A stretch of 63,640 bases of DNA, counting the filler, from Lenisia limosa (lineage: Eukaryota; Protista; Breviatea): NCBI GenBank assembly GCA_001655205.1. It is 17 parts of 17 records of this genome, joined end to end, with 100 filler letters (N's around TTAATTAATTAA, not from the genome) between each part and the next. Parts side by side here need not be neighbours in the genome. Positions count along the whole stretch, not along the records: positions 6,729 to 10,329 come from LPNZ01005723.1; positions 10,430 to 17,615 come from LPNZ01011089.1; positions 17,716 to 22,466 come from LPNZ01010854.1; positions 22,567 to 25,419 come from LPNZ01004002.1; 13 more parts are not named here. The stretch is one strand, 5' to 3'. Made by a program: the position numbers and the translations under genes. This document shows, piece by piece, positions 10,238 to 22,781 of the stretch. Under the pieces are notes generated by a model. The model had not been told where the DNA came from and ran no database searches. It saw only the letters and a list, made by a program, of their open reading frames with translations. How positions within the stretch are numbered: the stretch's first letter is position 1; each line of letters opens with the position of its first letter.

Positions 10238-13200
10238 TATTACATGTACAGGTACATATAATAGTATAAGATATATATATATGATTATCATTTCAATTAA
10301 AAATTTTTTTTGTAAACCCCCCCCCCCCCNNNNNNNNNNNNNNNNNNNNNNNNNNNNNNNNNNNNNNNNNNNNTTAATTAATTAANNNNNNNNNNNNNNN
10401 NNNNNNNNNNNNNNNNNNNNNNNNNNNNNATACTATATATCTATATATACATGTTGGATGACTATGTAATTTCCCAAGGAAAACCGGTCAAGTCCGAAAC
10501 ATCAGTAAATATCAATAATTGTCGAGGAATAATCAATAAAATCGCCCAACCTCTCCCTTGCCCCTCACCCCAGGTCAAACGACAGCGGCCGAGCCTCAAG
10601 GGCGGCCACTACGGAGATGNNNNNNNNNNNNNNNNNNNNNNNNNNNNNNNNNNNNNNNNNNNNNNNNNNNNNNNNNNNNNGAAGGAGCCGCGGCACTGCC
10701 GGGACTCTTTTTGGTCCGAGTCCAGTGTTTCATCTAGGAGTCAATACTATTTCGGAATTAGAAACAACACAGAGAGACAAAACCATAAAAGGTACTAAAC
10801 AGTTACCAAACAATGAAGTTAATGAACATTTATAAAACAAAACTTACACAAATTCAACTCTGGCTATACATTTGAGAAATACAGGAGAATTAGAAGACAA
10901 CAAAACATAGTACAGGCCTTCACTTCTTCAGCACCGCATCCCATTGTGATAAGGGAAAATGATCTCAATAAAAATCAGCTTTATTAGCAGGCACCTCATA
11001 CTCTCACGCTCTTCTTTGGATTTGAAGGAGGTTTCCATTTGCTTATGGATGACATGTTGAACATCTACTATCTACATAAATAAGAAAATATCTGCATAAA
11101 TAAAACTATTATCTATGTACAGTTACAAGGTTCGATACTAAATATCTGAAGACTCTGAATCACATCAAATATCGCGAAATATTATCTATGCCATCAAATA
11201 GATACTACCCATCTGAGTGTATGGAGGGAAACATTGAACCATTGGGAAGCCTTGAAACAACAATAACTTGTTTTGAATATCTCACTCAAAAACTCATACT
11301 CCAACAAAACTGCATATATTATATATAGTATAATATATATTCATATGACCTACAAATCAAAATGAAAACAAGAATAATGTTTATCGAGAAATAGTATTTC
11401 TTTTTGTTTTCGCGGAGAGCCAGCAGTAACGCTCACGTCTTCGATTTGTAAAAGAAACTTGCCTGACAGCTCTTGTAGGCCGTGGAGGGAGTGGGGGAGC
11501 TGTGGCAACCCGCATTCCCACAAGTCGGAGACTAAGAGAAGGTCTGGAAAGGGTTCAGTTGGAATGTCTGGAACACTATAAGGAAGCTTNNNNNNNNNNN
11601 NNNNNNNNNNNNNNNNNNNNNNNNNNNNNNNNNNNNNNNNNNNNNNNNNNNNNNNNNNNNNNNNNNNNNNNNNNNNNNNNNNNNNNNNNNNNNNNNNNNN
11701 NNNNNNNNNNNNNNNNATAACAAAAGTGAGTAGTATCATTCTAAGATCACTAATATGTATAATATAGAAGATGATATAATATAGCAAGGCGTCGGCGCAT
11801 TTTCCAAGAGAATATTGTTGATTAAAATTAGTTAAATAGCTTTCTCATTACAAAATGCCTAAAGCTTCACTTCGGTTCGAAAAAAGCCTGAATATCTCGA
11901 TAAATCTTCGAAAACTATCGATATTTTTCCGGATTTTTCGAACCGAAGTGAAACCCTAATATGGCCACTTCGAATGTCAAAAATAATTCAAAATTAGTTG
12001 CACACCTTATAATGACGCTTACCCTCAGTCGCACAAAAACAGAGCAGAGATTACAAAGGCATTTCAATTACCCAATTGTAAGGAGGGGTGACAAAACACA
12101 GATTAGTCGCTGTATATTATCTACAAATGATGTTTGTACTAGACGACACCGTGTCTACAAATGNNNNNNNNNNNNNNNNNNNNNNNNNNNNNNNNNNNNN
12201 NNNNNNNNNNNNNNNNNNNNNNNNNNNNNNNCAAATGATGTTTGTACTAGACAACACCGTATGGTATGATATTACTACACAACACCGTATGGTATGATAT
12301 TACTATACAAATTATCTGAAAATTCCTCCATCGAAACACCAGAAATGCCCTTATATCCAAATCACCTGAAATTGCATGGGCTGCAGTCGTCCATTCCGGC
12401 GTCACTGGCAGAGCCATCTTCTGGTGGTGAGTAAAATGGGCCCAAATCAACTATGTTCGCTGAAAACAAAATGAAATAAGCTCCTAAGCTCAAGCTAACC
12501 ATCATCCTGTATCAGACTTCGCAATCAAAAACATTTCTCTTATGGCACCTGGTTTAGGACGAAATTTATCTTATAATAGGAGGCACGCAGAAAGCTGTGT
12601 GCACAGAGTTGTTAGGCAAATGATTGGTGAATCAATATATATATATATACTATATATATATATATATATCTTTTCAGCGTGATGTAAGCATAAGCAAACC
12701 TGATGAATACAGCACTAAGTCTTTCGAAGCTCACAACTGGTTAACATTTGGTGACCAAGGCAATAGGGGAGTGTGTATTCTTTCCTCCTGTCTCCACTGA
12801 TCCTGTCTTCTGTGTGACACTAATTTCTGCTGATACTATTATGGAAAGAGAGGATGAGAAGAGGCTTGGGCTTGACTGAAGCAAGCAAAATGACAAGTGT
12901 GGGACTAGTGTTTATACTCTTTTTACCGCCAAATTTCCTACTAACACACTCTCTCAGTTCCTATCTAATTTGCCAATGAATATATTAATAATAATAGTAT
13001 ATTAGTAGTTAATGATTAATTAAGTTGTTAAAAGAAGATTTCATTGTCATAAAACTCGAACCCTTTGGTCTGACATATGCCATATGCTGGCCATATTGGG
13101 AAATATTGAAGAACAGTCTCTTTTGAGTTCTTAGAAAGAATTGAAGAAGAAAACATCATGGATGATTTGCCCTTTGTGAGAAGGCTCTTTGTTTGTTTGT

Positions 13201-13503
13201 TTCTTGTTTTATTTTTGTATGTCCATTTTTAACAGTTTCTCCCTCACTGTACCGACATACAATATCTATGCTTGCTGATTATTTTTTTTTTTTGTAAATG
13301 TAGAAAGTTTATTTATTGAAGAAAAGGGAGGACTCTAAGTTATCAAATTGACAAGGGGGGGGGGGTGGAGAACAAGATAATACGAAATAATAATAAAAAG
13401 ACTACAGGTCACTCCGTAATCCTACATATCATATCCACTAATGCAGAGCTAATTATGGAACATCAGAACCACTAAAACTGTCCCTCATTGCGTGATTACC
13501 CAG

Positions 13504-15132
13504 ATTCTCGCCACTCTCATCACCAATGGAGATGAAGAGAGCTTCAGAGCCATCCTTACTAATTACCCACACCTTCAAAACATTCCTGATGAAAAGGTTG
13601 GCTGGAAATGTTCTTTGATACCCTCTCAAATCCTGCACCTCATGTGTCTGATTGCTTTTGACACCAAATCAAACGAGCGTTGTTCATCATTTCAACTCGA
13701 TGATCGTAGAACAAGGGACAATATCACATAACAAAGGCGATCTAAGTTATTTTCTCAAACTTTTCCTCCCAAGGGTAGACTCCCGGTGCATTACTACTGT
13801 CAATATGGTCATGATGGGCACTTTCTGTCCTTCCTCGCTCAGAACTCTCTGACCCAAACCGACAAAATGGTTGGTGGTACCTAATATGGGGGGTTCATAC
13901 CTTGGTTGTGGTATTTCCTAACGGGTGGTGGTTCAGATCTAATATGGTTGGTTATTTTTGGCCGATATTGTATGACATGACTTCACAAAAAGCAACATCA
14001 GAGCGATGTATCAGTTTTGTTGGATATTACATACAACTGAGATTGCGCAGTAATGCAACCCCAGAAAATGACCCTTGCGCATTACGCCGCTGCAAACAGT
14101 GACCCAATCATGCTTGCAATGCTGATTAAAGTAAAGTTCGTAATGACCACCGTGTCACTCGTTGGGGGGTAGTGTTTCAATAACTGAAGGCGGGAGGGGG
14201 GTACTTTGTCAGGTGTGTGAGAGGTAGATGGTATCACTTACCTCTTTGGGAAGGTAGATAACATTCGCTTACCTCTTTAGGAAGGTGTCACTCCATTGAT
14301 GATGGCAATAATCCACCGAAGCTGTTTAAACTGCAAAACCCTTTTAGCCATCCCTGAAGTGGCTGAGCAAGTGACCCCTTCGGTTTGAAGGACTGTGTTA
14401 AATTTGGCAATAAAAAATAAGGTTGTATCAGGCCGACGCTTATAAGAGATATTGTTAGATAATAGTATAATAATTCAACCAATCATTTGCCTTACAATTC
14501 TGTGCACATAGCTTTTTACGTGCCTCTTTACATTTTATATCCCCCCCCCCCCTTATTCTCCAGGGTATCACNNNNNNNNNNNNNNNNNNNNNNNNNNNNN
14601 NNNNNNNNNNNNNNNNNNNNNNNNNNNNNNNNNNNNNNNNNNNNNNNNNNNNNNNGAATGGTACCCCTCTTCTATAAAAGCAAAATGGATCTGAACGTTC
14701 CAGATGATAATGTTGGCTTTGCTTTTTGCCGTTTCTTACAATGAGCAGGGCAATACCCCCCTTCACTACGCTGGATCTTGGGAAGACGAAGCATCGGTGT
14801 CTACACTGCTTCAACTAGGGGCGGATAGGGACGTTTATAACAACGAGGTGGTGGGGGGGTGAGTCTGAATGATTGAGTACCTTGGGGGTTGGACATAAGT
14901 CACGCTTGTTTACTGCTCTTGTTCCCCTTTAACGCTTGCTTACTGCTCTTGTTGCCCTTTAACGCTTGCTTACTGTTCTTGTGCCCTTTAACGCTTGCTT
15001 ACTGCTCTTGTTACCTTAAATTGAGCCAAAATTATGGAATTACATGTATATAACTTGCTCTCCAGGGCCTACAACCCGAATTGGGTGCTGTCGAAGCAGA
15101 CGAGATCTTCCACTTCAGCTTCACCCCAATAG
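13504..15132 (+). CDS. Ankyrin-repeat protein (multi-exon)
   Basis: Exons 13504-13596 (ILATLITNGDEESFRAILTNYPHLQNIPDEK), 14564-14711 (partly N; GIT...MVPLFYKSKMDLNVPDDN), 14749-14847 (GNTPLHYAGSWEDEASVSTLLQLGADRDVYNNE, one 33-aa ankyrin repeat) and 15066-15132. Confidence 0.8.
14902..15015. repeat. Intronic minisatellite, ~30-bp unit x ~4
   Basis: Unit ACGCTTGCTTACTGCTCTTGTTGCCCTTTA repeated head-to-tail. Confidence 0.9.
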
Positions 15133-16099
15133 GTAGGCAATCTGACACTCTCCTTTTGGGGCTTCTTTACGCTTGAAAAGGAGTACTGTTTATATTATCT
15201 TTGTTTCTGTGTGGGAATAGTTACAGGGTCAGTTGCCTTTAAACTCTGGGTACAGGTTTCTTGCATTAGATGAATACGGCAATAATATGCCTCACTCCAA
15301 GCCCAAATCTTACCTCCAAGGTTTGCCCAGCAAAATCGACATAGTTGTCCAAGGGATTTTCATCCAAAACAACGTATTTATCAATGTCAAAAGTGCCGTG
15401 GTACGCCGTGGTAAAAGGTGCACAACTCAACCGACTGTGCTCGGTTTAATTGATATTCGGACACTTAGCGTGATGTGATTTACAATCTACCACTTTATTC
15501 TCATTCCAGCTTTACTCACCTTATAGTTAAATTTCGAGGGGAAGAAAATGAAATTCAAAACCCAGTTGAAAAAAGTACGTTTTCAAGTCCAGAAAAACAA
15601 TTTCATATTTGGTGACTCAAATAATAATCATGTATTTATATTTCAGTCAAGACTTATCATTTCAGTTCATTCCCTCACAGTTTAGATCGGTAACAAGACT
15701 CATATTTCAAAAAGTCGAGCATCACCAATGTAAGGAGGGTAATCACTCGAACAACTTTTTTTTTATCTTTGAATGCCTCATAGTACCAACCTTTCCCCCC
15801 ATTTCTATTCAGCGTGTAATTAACAATTAAGTGGCAAGGAGGTAACCCCCCTGGTGCAAGCGGTCCACATGCTTTCCGAGTGTGTGCTTAATTGTCTGGA
15901 GTAATAGTGGTCATTGTATAGTAGTGCGTATCTTGTGATGTAGATGTAGATGTATTGATGGGGATGGTGAACACCGATTTCTGTGACCATTTTTAACTCA
16001 ATTTCCAATATTGTATGAGAAGAAAAGTCGGATATAATTCCTTACAACCTCGGGGTGCGGGTGAATAATCTATTAAATACCGGACCTAATCAAGCGGAT

Positions 16100-17527
16100 C
16101 TAATCAAGGTCGTCCTCCATGCGGTTTTTCCTCCTCTTCTCAAAGTTTGTGGGGCACCATAGCGACCAAAAGAATGACAGAATTGAGAATCCGAAGAAGG
16201 CGTAGAGGTAATATTGCCAGAAGTAGTCAAATCCCTGCGTGTGTGAGATCAATAACTTGGGAAACAATGATCACTGAGATGAACAATCATGTATTTGAGA
16301 AAAAAGAAANNNNNNNNNNNNNNNNNNNNNNNNNNNNNNNNNNNNNNNNNNNNNNNNNNNNNNNNNNNNNNNNNNNNNNNNNNNNNNNNNNNNNNNNNNN
16401 NNNNNNNNNNNNNNNNNNNNNNNNNNNNNNNNNNNNNNNNNNNNNNNNNNNNNNNNNNNNNNNNNNNAAAAAAAGTGTTATTGATTTTGAAGGAAGTAAT
16501 TGGGATGTTGAAGGATGTTGAAGGAAGTAATTGGGATGTTGAAGGAAGTAATTGGGATTGGGTGGGTCGTATATAGTCATCCCACCTTCAAATTGCCGAT
16601 TTGGACAGTGAATATCAACTCAGCTGCTGTCAGACGAGCAAATATCGAAAAAGCCTGGGGGGGGGGGGNNNNNNNNNNNNNNNNNNNNNNNNNNNNNNNN
16701 NNNNNNNNNNNNNNNNNNNNNNNNNNNNNNNNNNNNNNNNNNNNNNNNNNNNNNNNNNNNNNNNNNNNNNNNNNNNNNNNNNNNNNNNNNNNNNNNNNNN
16801 NNNNNNNNNNNNNNNNNNNNNNNNNNNNNNNNNNNNNNNNNNNNNNNNNNNNNNNNNNNNNNNNNNNNNNNNNNNNNNNNNNNNNNNNNNNNNNNNNNNN
16901 NNNNNNNNNNNNNNATACACACAACTACCAAACGACTACGGACCGGGGGGAGGGGGGATTTTGATGAAGAATATTCTCGTAAAGGTATTACTCACGAACC
17001 GAATAATCTGAAACTCCAAACAAACAAACAAAAACAACAAGCAAAAATAGAATGAGCCAACAACTAGGCGGTTCGAAAAAAGACTTAAATTCTCAATAAA
17101 TCCTCGATATTATACTGGAGTGAAACCCTAGCAACACCCTTTCAAACTAGACAATTAGATGTAACAAATACAAACATAACCCAAGCCAAGCAGCTTTTAC
17201 AATGCCAATTTATGAGGTAAGAAATACAATATCAAATACAAACGGCTTTGAAATTGAAGGATGCTCACCTTGACGCAGAATTGAGTGACCGCGATTGAGC
17301 TCAGTAGAATGAGGAAAAGGTTGAAGAGGAATGCAGACATCATCGTGTCTACCAAGGGTCAGATATTACGTATTCGGTTTCAATGATTGCAAAAAGTTGA
17401 ACTTGTATATGATATGATAAACTACTACTATGTCAACGAAAGATTAACATTATATTCCACACTATACCTCCGAGTCTCATGGGGTGGACAGCGAATATGA
17501 GGAAGTTCAGACCAAATTTGGTATTAC
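16100..17527 (-). CDS. LIMR/LMBR1-domain membrane protein, C-terminal part
   Basis: Exons 17527-17468, 17348-17269, 16654-16586 and 16234-16100 splice in phase to GNTKFGLNFLIFAVHPMRLGDTMMSAFLFNLFLILLSSIAVTQFCVKAFSIFARLTAAELIFTVQIGNLKGFDYFWQYYLYAFFGFSILSFFWSLWCP..*. This matches the recalled LIMR C-terminal pattern HPM..G.T.MNSFLFN..LILL.S..V.QFC..AF..YA..TAA..IF. Confidence 0.82.
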
Positions 17528-18734
17528 CTAAAGTGTCAACAATTCTCCTGTCGAATGTGATAATAAAAGGATAAATACTGGGGGAAGGTATGGGGCTGAA
17601 GGCATCCACCAGCAGNNNNNNNNNNNNNNNNNNNNNNNNNNNNNNNNNNNNNNNNNNNNTTAATTAATTAANNNNNNNNNNNNNNNNNNNNNNNNNNNNN
17701 NNNNNNNNNNNNNNNGAGAGAGAGAGAGAGAGAGAGAGAGGAAGAGGGGTGTATAAAAGAACCAAAAACTCAACAGTTACATTTTTGTTTGTGAGTAAAC
17801 AAGTCAAAACTAACCCTTGGTGGTGGGCTGATGTCAAGGGATGGAGCAGATAGCGGGGTATCTGGAATATTCGGCGAACCAAAAGCAACCGGAGCGGAAA
17901 TAGGCCTGATGCGTAAAGAGGAAATGCTTCCTTGTGAGGTTTCACGTGCACGTGAAACCGCAAAAAAAAAAAGAGGTTATACATAGTACATAGTAGTATA
18001 TCATATTTTTATTTGATATAGCTATATGATATATAGTATACTATATGATAGACTTCAAACCTTGATGTCGGAGGAGTGAGAGGCTCCAATGAACATTCAA
18101 GGGTGCTACTCATTTGGGATGTTGAACTGTTGAAATGAGATACAATGCCCTATGCCATGATGAAAGATACAAATTCCTTTAGTATTTCACCACACTGCTT
18201 ATCGTGTCCAAAAGCAATGACCAAGCACTCTAAAAGTAAATGCTGATTCCAAACCCAGCCCACTCCGCCACCACAAAACTCAAAGTGTGAGAAGAAATGT
18301 TCAACATGGGCGGCACAATCACTCCGCAGACTCGCAAAGACTAAATCAGTGAACTGATGGTAAAGTCCATATCTGGTGAAGCTGTTAACACCATCACGCT
18401 TATATGAGAGATTGGATAAGAGAATAATATAAATTCACTCAATCATTTGCATTACAACTCTGTGCACAAAACATTTTGCGTGCCTCCCCAGCATACATTA
18501 TATGTACTTTTAGTATGGCGTATCCAACTGAAATTGATACCAAAAAGAATTGGTTGGAATAACCCAAGTGAAGTATTGTGTCTGCCTTCCAAAAGAATTT
18601 ACCACAATATGATATATAGTATAGTATGGATATACTATTATATTATATCATTTGATCAGATGGTCTATCGAGAATTACATCATTTGATCAGATGGACTAT
18701 CGAAAATTTTTCTTGCATGCCATAGTTTGCTCAC

Positions 18735-21700
18735 CTGTTGAAATGACGACACCAGACGACAGCGGATGGAAAGTGTAACCTCAAAGCTCTGAGGGTGCTG
18801 TATCGAGACCTGCCAAGGTCATGATATGCAAATTGAAAGGGGTTGGCAGATTAACATACTGGGGGCACAACGTGGATGAAAACGGGAAGTTTCGAGTCCG
18901 GGGCCACTCCAAAGGCCGACTCCACAACGGAGTGTGTCAGAACGTCTCGTGATAGATACACCCGCGGGGCTGGGGGGGGGGGGNNNNNNNNNNNNNNNNN
19001 NNNNNNNNNNNNNNNNNNNNNNNNNNNNNNNNNNNNNNNNNCTATATCGCACACCTAATTCGCCCTGTTCGTCTGCCTCAGTCAAGACTATGAATTCGAG
19101 CGGACCTGGGTGGGCCTTGTTCTCCAGGACCAGGGCTGGCGGCGTGTTGATGGGCACCCCGGCCGCCACCGCACCAATATCAATGGTGGCACCTGGGGAG
19201 GGGGGGGGGTGAAAANNNNNNNNNNNNNNNNNNNNNNNNNNNNNNNNNNNNNNNNNNNNNNNNNNNNNNNNNNNNNNNNNNNNNNNNNNNNNNNNNNNNN
19301 NNNNNNGTCTCAACACTCCAAAGCCCACATTTCTCATTCAGTTTTCGGGTGCCCAGGTAAATGCTGAAGAGATCTTTGACACTCTAAAGCAATCAAAGGC
19401 AAACAGATAGGCGTGTGCACAATATTTACTCTTTTTTGCATTAGCCGAATTTCAAATATGATGCGATATATAATATATGATATCATATCATATGCTATAT
19501 CCATATAATATAGTAGCAATATAATACATAGGCTCGAGGTCCTAAACTATGTCGTTAATTCAATTTTCTGTGACTGTCTCTTTTTCATGTTNNNNNNNNN
19601 NNNNNNNNNNNNNNNNNNNNNNNNNNNNNNNNNNNNNNNNNNNNNNNNNNNNNNNNNNNNNNNNNNNNNNNNNNNNNNNNNNNNNNNNNNNNNNNNNNNN
19701 NNNNNNNNNNNNNNNNNNNNNNNNNNNNNNNNNNNNNNNNNTAAAAAAAAAAAAAAAAAAATTTGAAAGGTTACATTTTTCTTTGTTTTCCTTCATAAAC
19801 AAATTAAGTATGTACATCTCAGTAATATTATTACTGTTTTGAAGGGGAATAGCTGATTTGGCGACCGTAAATAATTAACGACATGAATTCGAAATAACGA
19901 CATAATTTTGGACCTTGAGATAGTATATATTATCGCATATTATATATTATATACTACTAGTATATCATATATTTATATGCTGTATTTAGTATAGAAAATA
20001 TATACTTTAACACAATACAACACACTTATCAATTAGGAGTTTATGGATAATAAGTTTATATAATAGAATGAAGTTCCTACTTAATGGAGCCTCCGTACCT
20101 TGGCAGCCGTGACCTCCGCGTTGACATGAACAAGACTGACATGCGGCAGTGGAATAGGACCGAAGAGGGCAGACAGTGTTCTCGTCGGAAGATTCGGCCG
20201 GACACAAGCGGAGGAGATGATGACGGTACCAGCTTTGCCTCCGACGGTGGTGCATGAGAGAAGAATTTGCAACTGGGGGGAGGGAGTGAGATAGTTCAAC
20301 TAAACTGACTGCGCATATGTTGGACTGTGAAGTGACAAAATCCCGGGTACCTTGGCTCTTTCGCCCCTGGACTTGAAGAAGCCATCCATGGGGTGGACAC
20401 GCAGAGACGAGTTCGGTGAGTTACCAACTACACGCGCGCGCCAAACTAAATACGTGAAGTGAAAATAAGGTGTTTTAAACGCATCCGCAAATCTATGGTG
20501 TAAATACAAGAATACTGTAGTTCCGTCTTCATACCGACACAGTCACTCAGAGCCTCTAGTTGTATGACGTGTTTTTGCCATGACGACTGGAGCTGTGTAC
20601 GGCCAATATCAAGTTCATGTTGTCCACGGGACTATTTAATGAGAATGGCCAAAGGCTTGAGATATAATATTACGATATTAGACAAATCACTCTGTGTTCA
20701 GTTCCCACTCCCCCACAATGGTTCTACAGCCCATGATAGAGACCGAAGACACAGAGGGCAAAATGACGTCAGCAGTTGCGGGGGACAGGTCGGTCGGCCC
20801 GGGCGAGGCCAATCGCGAGGGGATCGCTATCGGCGAACTGCGGCAATTAGTGGAGGGATCATTATTATACTGAACATATTAGCAGCAGTAACAATAAATG
20901 GGACAACAACAAGCACTCCTACTGCGGCTCATTGGAATCGACACTGTTAGTGGAGAGCAGAGACAGAGAACGCCGTCTTGCAACCGGGCTTTCTGCATCC
21001 GTCTAGAGAGGGCGTGAGGATATGGAAGACAACAGACAAATGAATCTAGAACATTCAACCATAGAATGATAAGCAGCTAGCAAAACCGCAGATGACCATA
21101 TCATATGGGAGGGGAGGATTTTTGACCCCCTCACCCAAATCAACTCTGACAAACATTAGCAAAACACACGAAAGTGGACACCAACAAAACAAACAAAGAC
21201 TAGGCCAATCGCTTCTGCAGCACCCCACCCCAACACAAAATTCTGAGCTAAAACCAAGACAGCTATACTTCACGGGGAAAATCAAAGAATTTCAAAAAGT
21301 AATCGCAAAATTCATGTTTTTTTTTAATTCTCCAGATACACATTGTTCTGAATTCAGATTTACCAAAAGTAACACTCACATTCGGAGTTGTCATCGGAAG
21401 GTCAAACTGCGGGGACTCCGGAGGTGCGGCCGGGGACGCCATGCTTTCAAGAATGCTCGCAAGGTTCACAACGCTAGTTAGATTATGTGTAAGCTCAGGT
21501 TGCTGAGATGATAAGGCCAACCTGGGAGCAAAGCTCGACACCGGAGCCAAAGTGCTATTAATGGGTGAATAGTGGCTGCTGCTACTTGCTCTGTATGGAC
21601 TTTCCAATTCAGGCGGCTGGAGGGGTGGGTGGTAAATGCCTCTGAGAAAATATTCAGGGGACTTTCATCCAAGAGGTTTTCAACTTGTGTCTACTTTATA

Positions 21701-22330
21701 CTTCTTTTCAAGTCCCGTCTGTCATCATTCACTCTTAACAATAAGGGACAACTTTTTGGAGCGGTTAGAGAAAATATTGAACACTGTAAACTAATGGTCT
21801 CGCTTTAATATCAAGTAATATCAACATGAAGCAGGTCTTACACCGAAAGACTATATCAAATGATATATCATTTCGTGCCTACAGTGGATGGTTCTTCAAC
21901 TTCTATAAGTGTGTCAATAAGGGGGCTATCTTCTGTGTACGCTGAACGTACAACTAACGGCACCTGAAAGGCAAGTTAAAAGGTAGAGCCTTCCCATATT
22001 GGAACTGGCAGAAGAAAACAACTTAGCTCACCTCTATTTTGGCAAGTGGCCAATTGGTGTCTGTGATCACCAGTTTGCACTCGCCCATCTGTCAGCGTAA
22101 ATAGTGCCAACTGTTATGTCGTATATCAATAATTATAGTGTATCATTTGAAAGTTCAAGGAGAATATTCCTCCTTGAACATTGCTCCAACCTGCAGAGCC
22201 GAGGCCTGGGCAGTGACAACCAAAGTCTGTTGTCCGCCAGGAGGCAAGCTTGCTTGGCCAGGCTGCGAGGGTAGGTTAAAACTCGACACTGCATATTCAA
22301 GAAAGGAATTTTGTCCCGTTTCTATAGTAC
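18735..22330 (-). CDS. Large multi-exon protein with possible ASH/PapD-like Ig domains
   Basis: In-phase exons 19192-19055 (ATIDIGAVAAGVPINTPPALVLENKAHPGPLEFIV..), 18969-18860 and 18809-18735, with further AG/GT-bounded minus-strand exons at ~20100-20270, 20350-20430, 20725-20845, 21380-21475 and 22190-22330 (SLPPGGQQTLVVT). The pattern resembles an ASH-domain start, ldFG.v..G....l.L.N....pl.F (inference). All exons belonging to one gene is unproven. Confidence 0.45.
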
Positions 22331-22781
22331 AAGATATTCTACAGGCCCACTCACCGAGCATCGAACGACCTCGTCAGCAAAGTGTCTGGGGAATTTGCAC
22401 ACAGCAGATAGTGTGATCCCACTGGAGTGTATGTTCGTAACCCTCAGTCCAGCATTCAGCGACTGANNNNNNNNNNNNNNNNNNNNNNNNNNNNNNNNNN
22501 NNNNNNNNNNTTAATTAATTAANNNNNNNNNNNNNNNNNNNNNNNNNNNNNNNNNNNNNNNNNNNNGAGAAAAATTATTGCATTTGATACATTACCAAAT
22601 TATATGATATGTTAACACTGACTGAGGTAAGTCCTGACGACTAAAGATAAAGCTCAATATACGTGTCAGGACTTATCGCGGTCAGTGATTTTAAGCTCAC
22701 ACGCGTTTAATTTTATTCTATCTTTTATGTGAATCGACTTCACGATTCTTACTGAGAACCTCTACTCACCAAGCCTCGTAG

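Noticed and set aside
16289-17011. Long ORFs containing X runs throughout the ORF track
   Set aside because: They are open only because N runs hide stop codons.
17120-17130. AACCCTA/TAGGGTT as telomeric repeats
   Set aside because: Single occurrences that are the termini of MITE family C, never tandem.
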